Positions 21,548 through 30,452 of a stretch of DNA of 64,000 nucleotides are shown here, piece by piece. The notes under the pieces are model-generated. The model was not told the origin of the DNA, made no database searches, and was given only the letters and a program-made list of their open reading frames with translations. Position 1 is the first letter of the stretch; each line of letters begins with the position of its first letter. A program made the translations under genes and the position numbers. Source of the stretch: an uncultured delta proteobacterium (GTDB lineage Bacteria > Desulfobacterota > Binatia > UBA9968); NCBI GenBank assembly GCA_963728565.1, contig CAVSLC010000023.1:64001-128000 (forward strand), written 5' to 3'.

Positions 21548-22148
21548 AGGACGGTCCTGGATTAAGTATGCTGGAGCTTTGGTATTGAGCTCGGTATTTT
21601 CAATAATTCCAATCGCTTGCAAGGGACAACCCAGAGTGACCATTGAAACCACCAAAGGTGAGGTTAGCTTTCAGGTTGAGATCGCCGCCACGCCTGAAAA
21701 GCGCGAGGTTGGCCTGATGTATCGGCGCGAGCTACCGCCCAATCACGGAATGTTGTTTATTTTTCCAAGCGAGAAAATCAATTCGTTCTGGATGAAGAAC
21801 ACGCCGATTCCTCTCGACATGATTTTCATTAGCCACGATCGCAAAATCGTCGGCATCGTCCATGAAACCGTGCCGTTTTCCTTAGATGGCCGTTCGGTAT
21901 CGGTTCCGAGTCAGTATGTACTCGAAATTAACGGCGGACTTTCACGCCGATACGGTTTCAAAGCCGGGGACGCGGTCAGGTTTGATGATGTCGCCGCGGA
22001 GAGCGGTGAGGGAATAGAACGGCGCCGAGCCGCGCCGTTCTATGAAAGGTTAGATCTCGTTGAAGAAGTAATCTCGAACCGGGCTCAGCTTCTCCTCGTA
22101 AGAGTCTGGATACAAAAACCACATGGTTGCCGCCAAGCTACTGAATAG
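21540..22148 (+). CDS. DUF192-family protein (both ends uncertain)
   Basis: VEIAATPEKREVGLMYR, GMLFIF, FWMKNTPIPLDMIFI and YVLEINGG. The 3' end overlaps the convergent gene by about 100 nt, so the true stop is probably near 22020. Confidence 0.8.
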   Translation, partial: VNRGRSWIKYAGALVLSSVFSIIPIACKGQPRVTIETTKGEVSFQVEIAATPEKREVGLMYRRELPPNHGMLFIFPSEKINSFWMKNTPIPLDMIFISHDRKIVGIVHETVPFSLDGRSVSVPSQYVLEINGGLSRRYGFKAGDAVRFDDVAAESGEGIERRRAAPFYERLDLVEEVISNRAQLLLVRVWIQKPHGCRQATE

Positions 22149-23117
22149 CGAATTGCCGTCCTGCGGGGTAAAGCAAGTGCCGATGATTTCGCGGTCTCCT
22201 CTCATCGCCAGGCTTTGTGTGACGATCACGGTTTGATTCAAAATACGGCCGAAGAGCCCGTGATCCCTGCCGAAGGAGAAGACCGAAGCGGATGATTTTT
22301 TGTTGGTCATCGCGACCCTGCCGTTGGACTGCAGTCGCCGCATCAATTGATCTTTGTCAATGCCGCGCCGTAACTTAAGGTCGAAATGAATTGTGTGCAT
22401 ATACTGGGTGTTTAGCTTGAGAGCCGAGGAGTAGATATTCAGGTCCATGCCCAGTGTCTTGAACAGATAATGCGCGTCTCGGCCTTGATGAGTCCCGAAC
22501 TCGGTATCATCGTGCTTGCCTGCTTCTGGCGCCGGGATGAAATCCCCTTCCTGACTGATGTCGTTAGCGCGGCGCATGCAGACAAACCGGCTTTCTTCCA
22601 AATTGTCTTCCTTTTCCGGGCCCAAGGCGATGGTGTCGATGAGCACGGCCAAATTGTGAGTATTGCAGCTCACGACCTGGATGAACTGGTCTTCACCCTT
22701 GATCAAAGCCTTGTCGTTGATGCCCCGCGCATACATCTTGCCGAATCCGTACTCACTGCCTTGAGCGATGAACCCGCGGCCGTTATTAGCGTACTTGTTG
22801 TAGAGCTTCTCTTTGTTATCGTTACCGACCGGTGTGCAGTCGATAATTACGCTTGCGCGCTCGATGGCTTCCTCAGCTTCATAGGTCGGGGTCATACCCA
22901 TTTCGGTGAATTTTTGCCGCCGCTCTTTATCGACGCAAAGTTGCGCGCCGCGTTTGCATAGGACCATGACCTTTGAACGGTCGGTGAGAAGCGGTGTCCG
23001 TTTATGAAAAGTCACCTCATCGATGCCGAACTGTTCCTTGAAGGTGCAGAGAATCCCGATGAGGGGCTCGCCAATAGTTCCGGTGCCGACCACATGAATG
23101 ATTTTTCTTTGTGCCAT
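22050..23117 (-). CDS. Divergent archaeal-type (class II) glyceraldehyde-3-phosphate dehydrogenase homolog
   Basis: GTGTIG, KRTP, VIIDCTP, AQGSE, VVSCNTH, MRRAND, THQGRD and TQYMH follow the order of the archaeal GAPDH motifs (GYGT.G, K..P, IDCTP, QG.E, VVSCNTT, RR.AD, HHGPD, TT.MH). Confidence 0.75.
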   Translation of the reverse strand: MAQRKIIHVVGTGTIGEPLIGILCTFKEQFGIDEVTFHKRTPLLTDRSKVMVLCKRGAQLCVDKERRQKFTEMGMTPTYEAEEAIERASVIIDCTPVGNDNKEKLYNKYANNGRGFIAQGSEYGFGKMYARGINDKALIKGEDQFIQVVSCNTHNLAVLIDTIALGPEKEDNLEESRFVCMRRANDISQEGDFIPAPEAGKHDDTEFGTHQGRDAHYLFKTLGMDLNIYSSALKLNTQYMHTIHFDLKLRRGIDKDQLMRRLQSNGRVAMTNKKSSASVFSFGRDHGLFGRILNQTVIVTQSLAMRGDREIIGTCFTPQDGNSLFSSLAATMWFLYPDSYEEKLSPVRDYFFNEI

Positions 23118-23282
23118 TGTCCTCACCTAGGTTTTGATGCAGCGGATTCTAACCCATACGATTCGAACGATCAACCGAGTGTTTTAGGCCATGTTTCGGT
23201 AGAGCAGGTCAATCCAATGCCGTAAGCGAACGTCTTTAAAGCAAGGGTTTGAGGTGGTACAAATCGTCAAGGGAGAATTGAT

Positions 23283-24734
23283 ATGGCAAATGAAATGGTT
23301 CCCGCGAAATCTTTTTTCGGCCAAAATTTTGGCATCGATTCTAAAGATCTGGACAAGGTTCTGGCGACTGCGCTGGCAAAAAAAGCCGACTATGCCGATC
23401 TTTATTTTGAATACCGCAAGAACGAAGGGATCAGCCTGGAGGAGGGATTGGTTAAAAATTGTTCTCAATCGTCTTCCAATGGGGTCGGCGTTAGGGTGCT
23501 GGCTGAGGCTAAGACAGGTTATGCCTTTACCGATGATATTACGATTGAAAAACTTGAAGTAGCGGCGCGCACGGCGCAGTACATCGCGCAAAACCCATCA
23601 TCTCAGGTTCCGGCCCCGATCAACCAGCCTCAGGTCCAGGCTCATGATCTTTACCCCATCAAGACCTCTGTGACTGCTATTCCTCTCGACACAAAAATTT
23701 CCTTGCTGTACGAGATCGACAAGTTCGCCCGTAGCTTGGATTCGCGCGTGAAGAACGTCTTTGTGTCGTTGGGAAGCGAGGACAAAGTCATGCTGGTGGC
23801 TTCATCGCAAGGAGCGGTGATAGGAGACGTTCAGCCACTCACGCGGCTAAACGTGACGGTTATTGTCGAAGAAAATGGCAATCGACAAGTGGGCAGCTTC
23901 GGTGGCGGCGGCCGTGTCGAATATGATTTCTTTGTCGGCAACCGTGAGTACGAGCGCTATGCGCGGGAAGCGGTTCGGCAAGCAGTCCTCAATCTTGGCG
24001 CGCGAAGTGCGCCGGCGGGTACGATGGACGTGGTATTGGGGCCGGGGTGGCCGGGCATCTTGTTACACGAAGCGATTGGCCACGGCTTGGAGGGAGACTT
24101 CAATCGCAAGAAGACCTCGGCCTTCAGTGATCGAATCGGTCAAAGAGTAGCCTCCGAGTTATGCACCGTGGTTGACGATGGCACGATACCGTCGCGCCGC
24201 GGATCGATCAATGTCGATGATGAGGGCACGCCCACCAGTCGAACTGTTTTGATTGAGAACGGTATTCTCAAAGGCTATCTGCAGGATAGACTCAACGCCG
24301 GACTGATGAAAATGCCTTTGACCGGCAATGGACGCCGCGAGAGCTATGCCCATATTCCCATGCCGCGCATGACCAATACCTTTATGCTGGCTGGGAAAGA
24401 TGCTCCCGAGGACATCATCCGGTCAGTGAAGAAAGGGCTGTATGCGGTTTCGTTCGGCGGCGGCCAAGTCGATATCACCAATGGCAAATTTGTTTTCTCC
24501 ACCAGCGAGGCTTATTTGATCGAAGACGGCAAAGTGACCGAGCCGGTGAAAGGCGCGACTCTGATCGGTAATGGCCCCGATGTGCTAACCCGAGTATCAA
24601 TGGTCGGGACCGACCTGAAGTTGGATGAAGGCGTCGGCACTTGCGGCAAGGACGGACAATCGGTGCCGGTGGGTGTGGGGCTGCCGACCATCAAGATCGA
24701 TGGTTTAACCGTCGGTGGTACCGCGACCCAGTGA
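23283..24734 (+). CDS. tldD: Metalloprotease TldD
   Basis: GILLHEAIGHGLEGDFNRK, PMPRMTNT and GTCGKDGQSVPVG. Confidence 0.95.
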   Translation: MANEMVPAKSFFGQNFGIDSKDLDKVLATALAKKADYADLYFEYRKNEGISLEEGLVKNCSQSSSNGVGVRVLAEAKTGYAFTDDITIEKLEVAARTAQYIAQNPSSQVPAPINQPQVQAHDLYPIKTSVTAIPLDTKISLLYEIDKFARSLDSRVKNVFVSLGSEDKVMLVASSQGAVIGDVQPLTRLNVTVIVEENGNRQVGSFGGGGRVEYDFFVGNREYERYAREAVRQAVLNLGARSAPAGTMDVVLGPGWPGILLHEAIGHGLEGDFNRKKTSAFSDRIGQRVASELCTVVDDGTIPSRRGSINVDDEGTPTSRTVLIENGILKGYLQDRLNAGLMKMPLTGNGRRESYAHIPMPRMTNTFMLAGKDAPEDIIRSVKKGLYAVSFGGGQVDITNGKFVFSTSEAYLIEDGKVTEPVKGATLIGNGPDVLTRVSMVGTDLKLDEGVGTCGKDGQSVPVGVGLPTIKIDGLTVGGTATQ

Positions 24735-24773
24735 TCGGCCCGGAATAGTTCAGGCAGTCAGCGGGAAGGAATC

Positions 24774-26129
24774 ATGGAACGACTCGATCTCAGTCAGGAA
24801 TTGGCGCGCGCGGTTCTCGACACGGCCAAAGCTAAAGGAGCGACTCAGGGCGACATCGTCATGGTGGAGGGAGACTCTTTCTTTGTCACCGTTCGTCTTG
24901 GCGAAGTCGAGAAAATTAGCCAGGCTCAAGAAAAGCGGTTGGGTTTGCGGTTGTTTTACGGCAGTAGCTCCGCCTCCGCCTCAACTTCGGATATCTCGAG
25001 ACAAGCCATCGACAAACTTGTTGAGGATACCATCAATATGGCCCGGTTTACCGCTCAAGATCCCTTCAGCGGCTTGCCCGACGCTTCATTGTTGGCTCGA
25101 GATATTCCCGACATGGATCTCTTCGATGATGCGGCGGGTTCAGTTTCTGTCGATGACAAAATCGCCATCGCGCTGGCGGCCGAGAAGGTGGCGATGGAAT
25201 TCGATCCTCGCATTACCAACTCTGAAGGGGCGGAATTCTCCAATCAATCCGGTCGGGTTATCTACGCCAGCAGTCACGGATTCTGCGGTGAGTATCAAGG
25301 ATCGAATTTTGGTCATTCGGTCGCTCCGGTGGCATCGCAAAATGGTTCGATGCAGAGAGACTATTGGTATTCGTCCAATCGAAAATTTGCCCGATTAGAT
25401 TCGGCGGAGAGCGTCGGCAAAAAAGCCGCCCAACGGGTATTGCGCCGTCTCGGCGCTCGCAAGATTAAAACTTGCGAGGTGCCGATTGTTTTCGATCCCG
25501 ATATGGCGGCGTCGCTGTTGCGAAATCTGTCCTCGGCGTTGTCGGGATACTCTCTGTATAAAGGCGCATCCTTTCTAAACGGCCAGCTCGGGAACAAGAT
25601 CGCGTCGGATCTAACCACGGTTTGGGATGATGGAACCATTCCCGGAGCGCTCGGCTCGAAACCATTTGACTCCGAAGGCTTGCCGATTACGAGAAAGGCT
25701 GTAGTTGAGAATGGGTTCTTACGCAGCTATCTGCTCGACACTTACAGCGGCAAAAAGTTGAACATGGCTTCGACCGGAAATGCTTCCCGCTCGATAGGTG
25801 AACCGCCGGGTGTAGCACCCACCAACTTTTATCTTGCTTCCGGCAAGCACGCGCCTGACGAGATTATCGGCTCTGTCAAACAGGGCCTCTATTTGACCGA
25901 AACCATCGGCTTCGGTGTTAATCTCGTAACCGGCGATTACTCGCGCGGCGCTGCCGGCATCTGGATCGAAAACGGCGAGCTGGCGTATCCCGTCGAAGAG
26001 GTGACCATCGCGGGGAATCTCAAAGAGATGTTTCAAAATATCGAGATGATCGGCAACGATCTCGAGATGAGAGGCCGCATCGCCGCGCCTACGATTAAAA
26101 TTTCTAAGATGACTGTGGCCGGAGAGTAA
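24774..26129 (+). CDS. pmbA: TldE/PmbA protein
   Basis: RITNSEGA, MQRDYWY, PFDSEG and GVNLVTGDYSRGAAG..IENGE..YPVEEVTIAGNL; follows tldD. Confidence 0.93.
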   Translation: MERLDLSQELARAVLDTAKAKGATQGDIVMVEGDSFFVTVRLGEVEKISQAQEKRLGLRLFYGSSSASASTSDISRQAIDKLVEDTINMARFTAQDPFSGLPDASLLARDIPDMDLFDDAAGSVSVDDKIAIALAAEKVAMEFDPRITNSEGAEFSNQSGRVIYASSHGFCGEYQGSNFGHSVAPVASQNGSMQRDYWYSSNRKFARLDSAESVGKKAAQRVLRRLGARKIKTCEVPIVFDPDMAASLLRNLSSALSGYSLYKGASFLNGQLGNKIASDLTTVWDDGTIPGALGSKPFDSEGLPITRKAVVENGFLRSYLLDTYSGKKLNMASTGNASRSIGEPPGVAPTNFYLASGKHAPDEIIGSVKQGLYLTETIGFGVNLVTGDYSRGAAGIWIENGELAYPVEEVTIAGNLKEMFQNIEMIGNDLEMRGRIAAPTIKISKMTVAGE

Positions 26130-26132
26130 GTA

Positions 26133-26268
26133 CCGTTCAACGGTTCAACATTCAAACGTTCAATCCGTACGCTGTCGCTCCGGAATGATTTAAAGTAAAC
26201 AGGCTCGGGACGGACACTGCGGGTCCCGAGCCTCGCAGCTTAGCCTAGAACGCGAAACGGTTGAACGG
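26133..26268. repeat. Intergenic GTTCAA/TTGAAC palindromic element with internal hairpin
   Basis: Starts CCGTTCAACGGTTCAACATTCAAACGTTCAA and ends AAACGGTTGAACGG; internal perfect 11-bp stem AGGCTCGGGAC/GTCCCGAGCCT at 26201-26233. Confidence 0.7.
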
Positions 26269-26271
26269 CTG

Positions 26272-26481
26272 TTAGCTTACTTTAAATCCCGCCTTCAAGA
26301 CTGCGCGCAGAAAATCGTCAAGGTGAGACTGTTTGGGATCGAAGTCAATCACCGCGACCTTGCGCTCCAGGCTGAAATCTAAACTCTGAACTCCAGGCAA
26401 TGTGCCGAGTGCTTGGCGCAGCGCCGGCAAATTATCCGAATTTAAATCGTCGATAGAGATGATCGCTGTCTTTGTTTCCAT
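26272..26481 (-). CDS. HMA-fold small protein lacking the CxxC motif
   Basis: METKTAIISIDDL...ALRQALGTLPGV...SLERKVAVIDFDP...RAVLKAGFKV follows the HMA/CopZ pattern but has no Cys. Confidence 0.65.
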   Translation of the reverse strand: METKTAIISIDDLNSDNLPALRQALGTLPGVQSLDFSLERKVAVIDFDPKQSHLDDFLRAVLKAGFKVS

Positions 26482-26698
26482 GTGCCCCACTTTAGGGTGT
26501 AGCTTGACAAAAGTTACTTCGTTACACAATTCAAGTCGCGCTATGCGTGCACACTCTAATTCTCATCTACGATTTTCTACAGCCGTAGGAAATTTTCTTG
26601 ACGTCGGGCGCGGTGGTATGAGATTAGTCGTCGTTAGCCGTTTCAGCGAGTGACATCTTCCTAGAATCTGTATCTAATGGGAGGAGGAAAAAACTACC

Positions 26699-27136
26699 AT
26701 GGCTTACGATGTCGAGAAGCTTTTGAGCATGTCGCAAGCGGACCTCGACGACCTTTTCGGCAAATGCGCCGTGGGCGAGATTCCAAACGGCGAAGCGGAT
26801 GGAACCGCGATCGTTGCGCCCGGCACAAAGTTCAGTTCGAACATTGCCAAGTTCATCAGTAACTTTGCCTGGCAAGGTAAAGTTTTCGATGCCGGCAAGG
26901 GAGTTCTGAAAAACCGAATTCTTCCTTTTGGTCTCAATGCCATTATCGCCAAAGTTTACAAAGGACCTAGTTGGCTCGACGGCAAAGACTGTATTGTTTT
27001 GGATTACTCCGAAACCTCCATTATCGCTCAGTGGATACGTGATGAGATCCGCCAAATTGAACCCGGCCTCTACTTGGGGAAGGTCTATTGGGAGAAAAAG
27101 CGATTGATTGATTTTGCCCTGAAGTTTAACTCCTAG
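26699..27136 (+). CDS. Protein of unknown function heading the heme-protein cluster
   Basis: Strong RBS GGAGGAGG; motif-like segments AWQGKVFD, GPSWLDGK.CIVLDYS and IRDEIRQIEPGLYLGKVY. Confidence 0.8.
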   Translation: MAYDVEKLLSMSQADLDDLFGKCAVGEIPNGEADGTAIVAPGTKFSSNIAKFISNFAWQGKVFDAGKGVLKNRILPFGLNAIIAKVYKGPSWLDGKDCIVLDYSETSIIAQWIRDEIRQIEPGLYLGKVYWEKKRLIDFALKFNS

Positions 27137-27349
27137 TCAGATAAAGCGATGCTGTGAACCTGACACCGCGGTTTGGGGCGATCCTGCCGCGGGGGCCACC
27201 ACGATCGAAGCCATAATCTCCACGAACAACTCCAGCTATTTCGATCTCGAGCCAATCTTCAATCGATTCACGTCAAACGACGGCAATAACTTTTTGATGA
27301 TCGTGACAACGCCAGTGCAGCGAGTAACCATTGCGGGGGGAGAACGTCT

Positions 27350-28870
27350 ATGGCGCAGCCTGAACTAGCGTCGCCGGGCGAACGTATTCTGAAGCGCATC
27401 GGTTGGATCACTGTTGTGGTGCTGCTGCTGGGTATGGTGGGGGGGGCGTTGTTGCTGGGACGTTTCGGCGCCGACACTCCGGTGGTTTACAAAGACGATC
27501 TCGAGCATTTCAAGTATGGCTCCCTCGGCAGCGAGCACGAGTTTGGCGTGCCGTATTGGATTTGGCGCGCGTTACCTGAGCTGTTCGAAGACAAGTTGCC
27601 GCAGCCCGGCCGTGGCTGGCAGTCGGTCGGCTTTGTTTTCGAGAAGGGGAAAAGTCTTCCGGTCGGCATGTCCCAGCGCCGCTATCTCGGCTTTGACGTA
27701 GTGTGGCTCAACTGTGCCTTTTGCCATGCCGGAACCGTGCGCGAAAGCGCCGAAAGCGAGCCCAAGGTTTATTCGGCAATGCCGGCCAATACTTTTGATT
27801 TTCGCGCCTTCATGAGATTTCTGTTTGCGACCGGAGAGGACAGGAGATTTACGCCAAGGGACATCCTGCGGCAGATTAAGGTCATCCGAGAACGCGAAGG
27901 TCTGAACGATTTACCCTTGATCGATCGACTGGCACTGCGTTTCTACGGCATTTATTTCATGCGCGAACGGATCCTGACCTTGCGCGATCGGCTGGATTTC
28001 ATCAAAGAGCAACCCGAGTGGGGTCCGGGGCGAGTCGACACCTTCAACCCGTTGAAGGCTTATTTTAATTTTCCGCCCGATCGACTGTCGCAGGAGGAAC
28101 GAATTGGCACGACGGATTTTCCGTCCATCTGGAATCAGGGCCAACGCGAAAGTCTCAAAATGAACTTGCATTGGGACGGTAACAACGTGTCGCTGGAGGA
28201 GCGTAACCGCAGCGCCGCGATGGGCACCGGCATCACGCCGCCCACCGGCGACCGGGCCAGCTTGAAACGGGTCGCCGACTGGGTCCGCGATCTCGCCGCG
28301 CCAGCCTATCCGTTCGCGATCAACAATAATCTCGCCGCCCAAGGCGCGCCGATCTACAAAGAGTACTGTGCGAAGTGCCATGGCGCCGATGGCAAGGATT
28401 TCCGCGGCGAAGATGTCGGCAAGGTGGTGCCGATCAAGGATATCGGCACCGACCGCGCACGTCTCGACTCCTACACCTATGAGGTTGCCGTCAATCAAAA
28501 TCTGATTTTCGCCGGATACGCCGAAGAACGCTTCAGGCACTTCCGCAAGACTTTCGGTTACGCCAATAGCCCGCTCGACGGGCTCTGGCTGCGGGCGCCG
28601 TATTTGCACAACGGCTCGGTGCCGACATTGCGCGACTTGCTTGAGCCCAGTGACAAGCGACCAAAAACTTTTTACCGCGGCTACGATGTCTACGACCAGA
28701 AGAAGGTTGGCTTTGTTGGCGATGTCAGCGAAGAGAGAGGCCGGAAATATTTTCTTTACGATACGGCTGAGCCCGGCAATTCCAATCAAGGTCACGAAGG
28801 AAAGCGCTACGGCACCGAGCTGCCGGCCGCAGACAAAGACGCTTTGATCGAGTACCTCAAGACTTTTTAA
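27350..28870 (+). CDS. Membrane-anchored di-heme cytochrome c, RoxA/MauG-like (paralog A)
   Basis: N-terminal TM; CAFCH and CAKCH; GTDRAR; LDGLWLRAPYLHNGSVPTL; GNSNQGHE; ALIEYLKTF. Confidence 0.85.
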   Translation: MAQPELASPGERILKRIGWITVVVLLLGMVGGALLLGRFGADTPVVYKDDLEHFKYGSLGSEHEFGVPYWIWRALPELFEDKLPQPGRGWQSVGFVFEKGKSLPVGMSQRRYLGFDVVWLNCAFCHAGTVRESAESEPKVYSAMPANTFDFRAFMRFLFATGEDRRFTPRDILRQIKVIREREGLNDLPLIDRLALRFYGIYFMRERILTLRDRLDFIKEQPEWGPGRVDTFNPLKAYFNFPPDRLSQEERIGTTDFPSIWNQGQRESLKMNLHWDGNNVSLEERNRSAAMGTGITPPTGDRASLKRVADWVRDLAAPAYPFAINNNLAAQGAPIYKEYCAKCHGADGKDFRGEDVGKVVPIKDIGTDRARLDSYTYEVAVNQNLIFAGYAEERFRHFRKTFGYANSPLDGLWLRAPYLHNGSVPTLRDLLEPSDKRPKTFYRGYDVYDQKKVGFVGDVSEERGRKYFLYDTAEPGNSNQGHEGKRYGTELPAADKDALIEYLKTF

Positions 28871-28906
28871 ATCGCGGGTGCGCTCCTTTACAGCCCTGGA
28901 GGTGCG

Positions 28907-30367
28907 ATGGTTGCAGGACAAAAAAAATCCTGGTGGAAAACTTGTTTGGTGCTTGTGCTCGTGTTCGTTGCTGTCGGAGGCACGATCGGCTGGTATAAAT
29001 TCCTCCGTGAGGAGCCGCAACCTAGCTGGGTGACCGCGACACCCGACATGCGCTTTAAATACGGCTCCATCGGCGCGGAGCACGACGCCGGCATACCGTA
29101 CTGGATCTTCTTCGTACTCCCGCGCATGTTTCCGGAAAAGCTGCCGGGGCCTGGCGGTTACGCTTCCTTGGGAGTCGCGTGGGAGCAGGGTCAGGAGCTG
29201 CCGATCGGTTTCACTAAAAAAGTGATCGGCTTTCCACGCGTGGCTAATAACTGCGCCTCATGCCACACCGCCAGCTATCGTAAGAGCGCCGATGAAAATC
29301 CCGTGTTTGTGCCGGCGGGGCCCAATCACACGCTCAATCTGCAGGCTTTTTTCCGCTTCGTCGTGGACTGCGCCAGGGATCCGCGCTTCAACGCCGATGA
29401 GATCATGAGCGAAATCGCGCTGGTTTATGAGTTGCCGCTGTTGGATCGGCTGATTTATCGCTACGTGCTGATTCCGATCACCAAAAAGCGTTTGCTCGAA
29501 CGCGAAGCGCAATTCAAGTGGGTGTATCACGAGGAGTTCCCGTTGTGGGGCCGGGGGCGCGATGATGCCATGAATCTCACCAAATATTTCCTACTCAACT
29601 GGCCGATGGACGATACGATTGGTCCTACCGACATGCCGTCGGTCTGGAACTTAAAAAAGTACCAGCCGGAGAAAGGCATGCTAATGAACCTTGCCGGTGA
29701 CAGCCATGATGCGCGTTCGGTGATCATCGATTCGGCCTTGGGGCTGCTCAATGCCGAGCCGCACGATCGCGACGATTTCATGGAGCAGATTGACTGGCTG
29801 GTGAAATACTTGAGCGAACTGCAGGCGCCAAAGTATCCATTCCCGATCAAGGCGGAACAGGTCAAAGTGGGCAAGACTATTTTTGATGCTAATTGCGCCA
29901 GTTGTCACGCGAGCGAGCGCACCGGCACCCGCGTGCCGGTTGAAGAGGTCGGCACGGATCGCGAGCGGCTAAAAACCTGGAGTAAGCAGGCAGCCATTGA
30001 GTCCAACAAAGTCGTGCGCAATTTCGGCATCGAGCGGCGCGGTCTGGTCGAAAATGAACCAAGTGGATACATCGCGCAATTCTTGGACGGCATCTGGCTG
30101 CGCGCGCCTTATCTGCACAACGGTTCGGTGCCGACTCTGCGCGATTTGCTCAAAGCGGTCGCCGAGCGGCCAAAGGTATTCTATCGCGGTTATGACGTTT
30201 ACGATCCGGAGAATGTCGGGTTCGTTAGTCAAGGTCCGGAGGCTCAACGAATCGGCACCAAATATGATGTCAGTGAACGCGCCAGCGGCAACCAGGGTCA
30301 CGAATTCGGCGTCAACTTGTCGGCCCCGGAAAAAGACGCGTTGATCGAATATCTGAAGAGCCTTTGA
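28907..30367 (+). CDS. Membrane-anchored di-heme cytochrome c, RoxA/MauG-like (paralog B)
   Basis: N-terminal TM; CASCH twice; GTDRER; LDGIWLRAPYLHNGSVPTL; SGNQGHEFG; ALIEYLKSL. Confidence 0.85.
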   Translation: MVAGQKKSWWKTCLVLVLVFVAVGGTIGWYKFLREEPQPSWVTATPDMRFKYGSIGAEHDAGIPYWIFFVLPRMFPEKLPGPGGYASLGVAWEQGQELPIGFTKKVIGFPRVANNCASCHTASYRKSADENPVFVPAGPNHTLNLQAFFRFVVDCARDPRFNADEIMSEIALVYELPLLDRLIYRYVLIPITKKRLLEREAQFKWVYHEEFPLWGRGRDDAMNLTKYFLLNWPMDDTIGPTDMPSVWNLKKYQPEKGMLMNLAGDSHDARSVIIDSALGLLNAEPHDRDDFMEQIDWLVKYLSELQAPKYPFPIKAEQVKVGKTIFDANCASCHASERTGTRVPVEEVGTDRERLKTWSKQAAIESNKVVRNFGIERRGLVENEPSGYIAQFLDGIWLRAPYLHNGSVPTLRDLLKAVAERPKVFYRGYDVYDPENVGFVSQGPEAQRIGTKYDVSERASGNQGHEFGVNLSAPEKDALIEYLKSL

Positions 30368-30452
30368 GATTCGGTAAATCAAAACAGATCTATTGCCGAA
30401 AAGCTGGCCGATTCTTTGGAAGGGCAGCGTTGTGGTTGAGGAGAAACAAACA

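Noticed and set aside
23283-26129. TldD/PmbA as part of a RiPP pathway with the heme cluster
   Set aside because: No precursor peptide or YcaO gene is seen, and tldD-pmbA is a common housekeeping pair.
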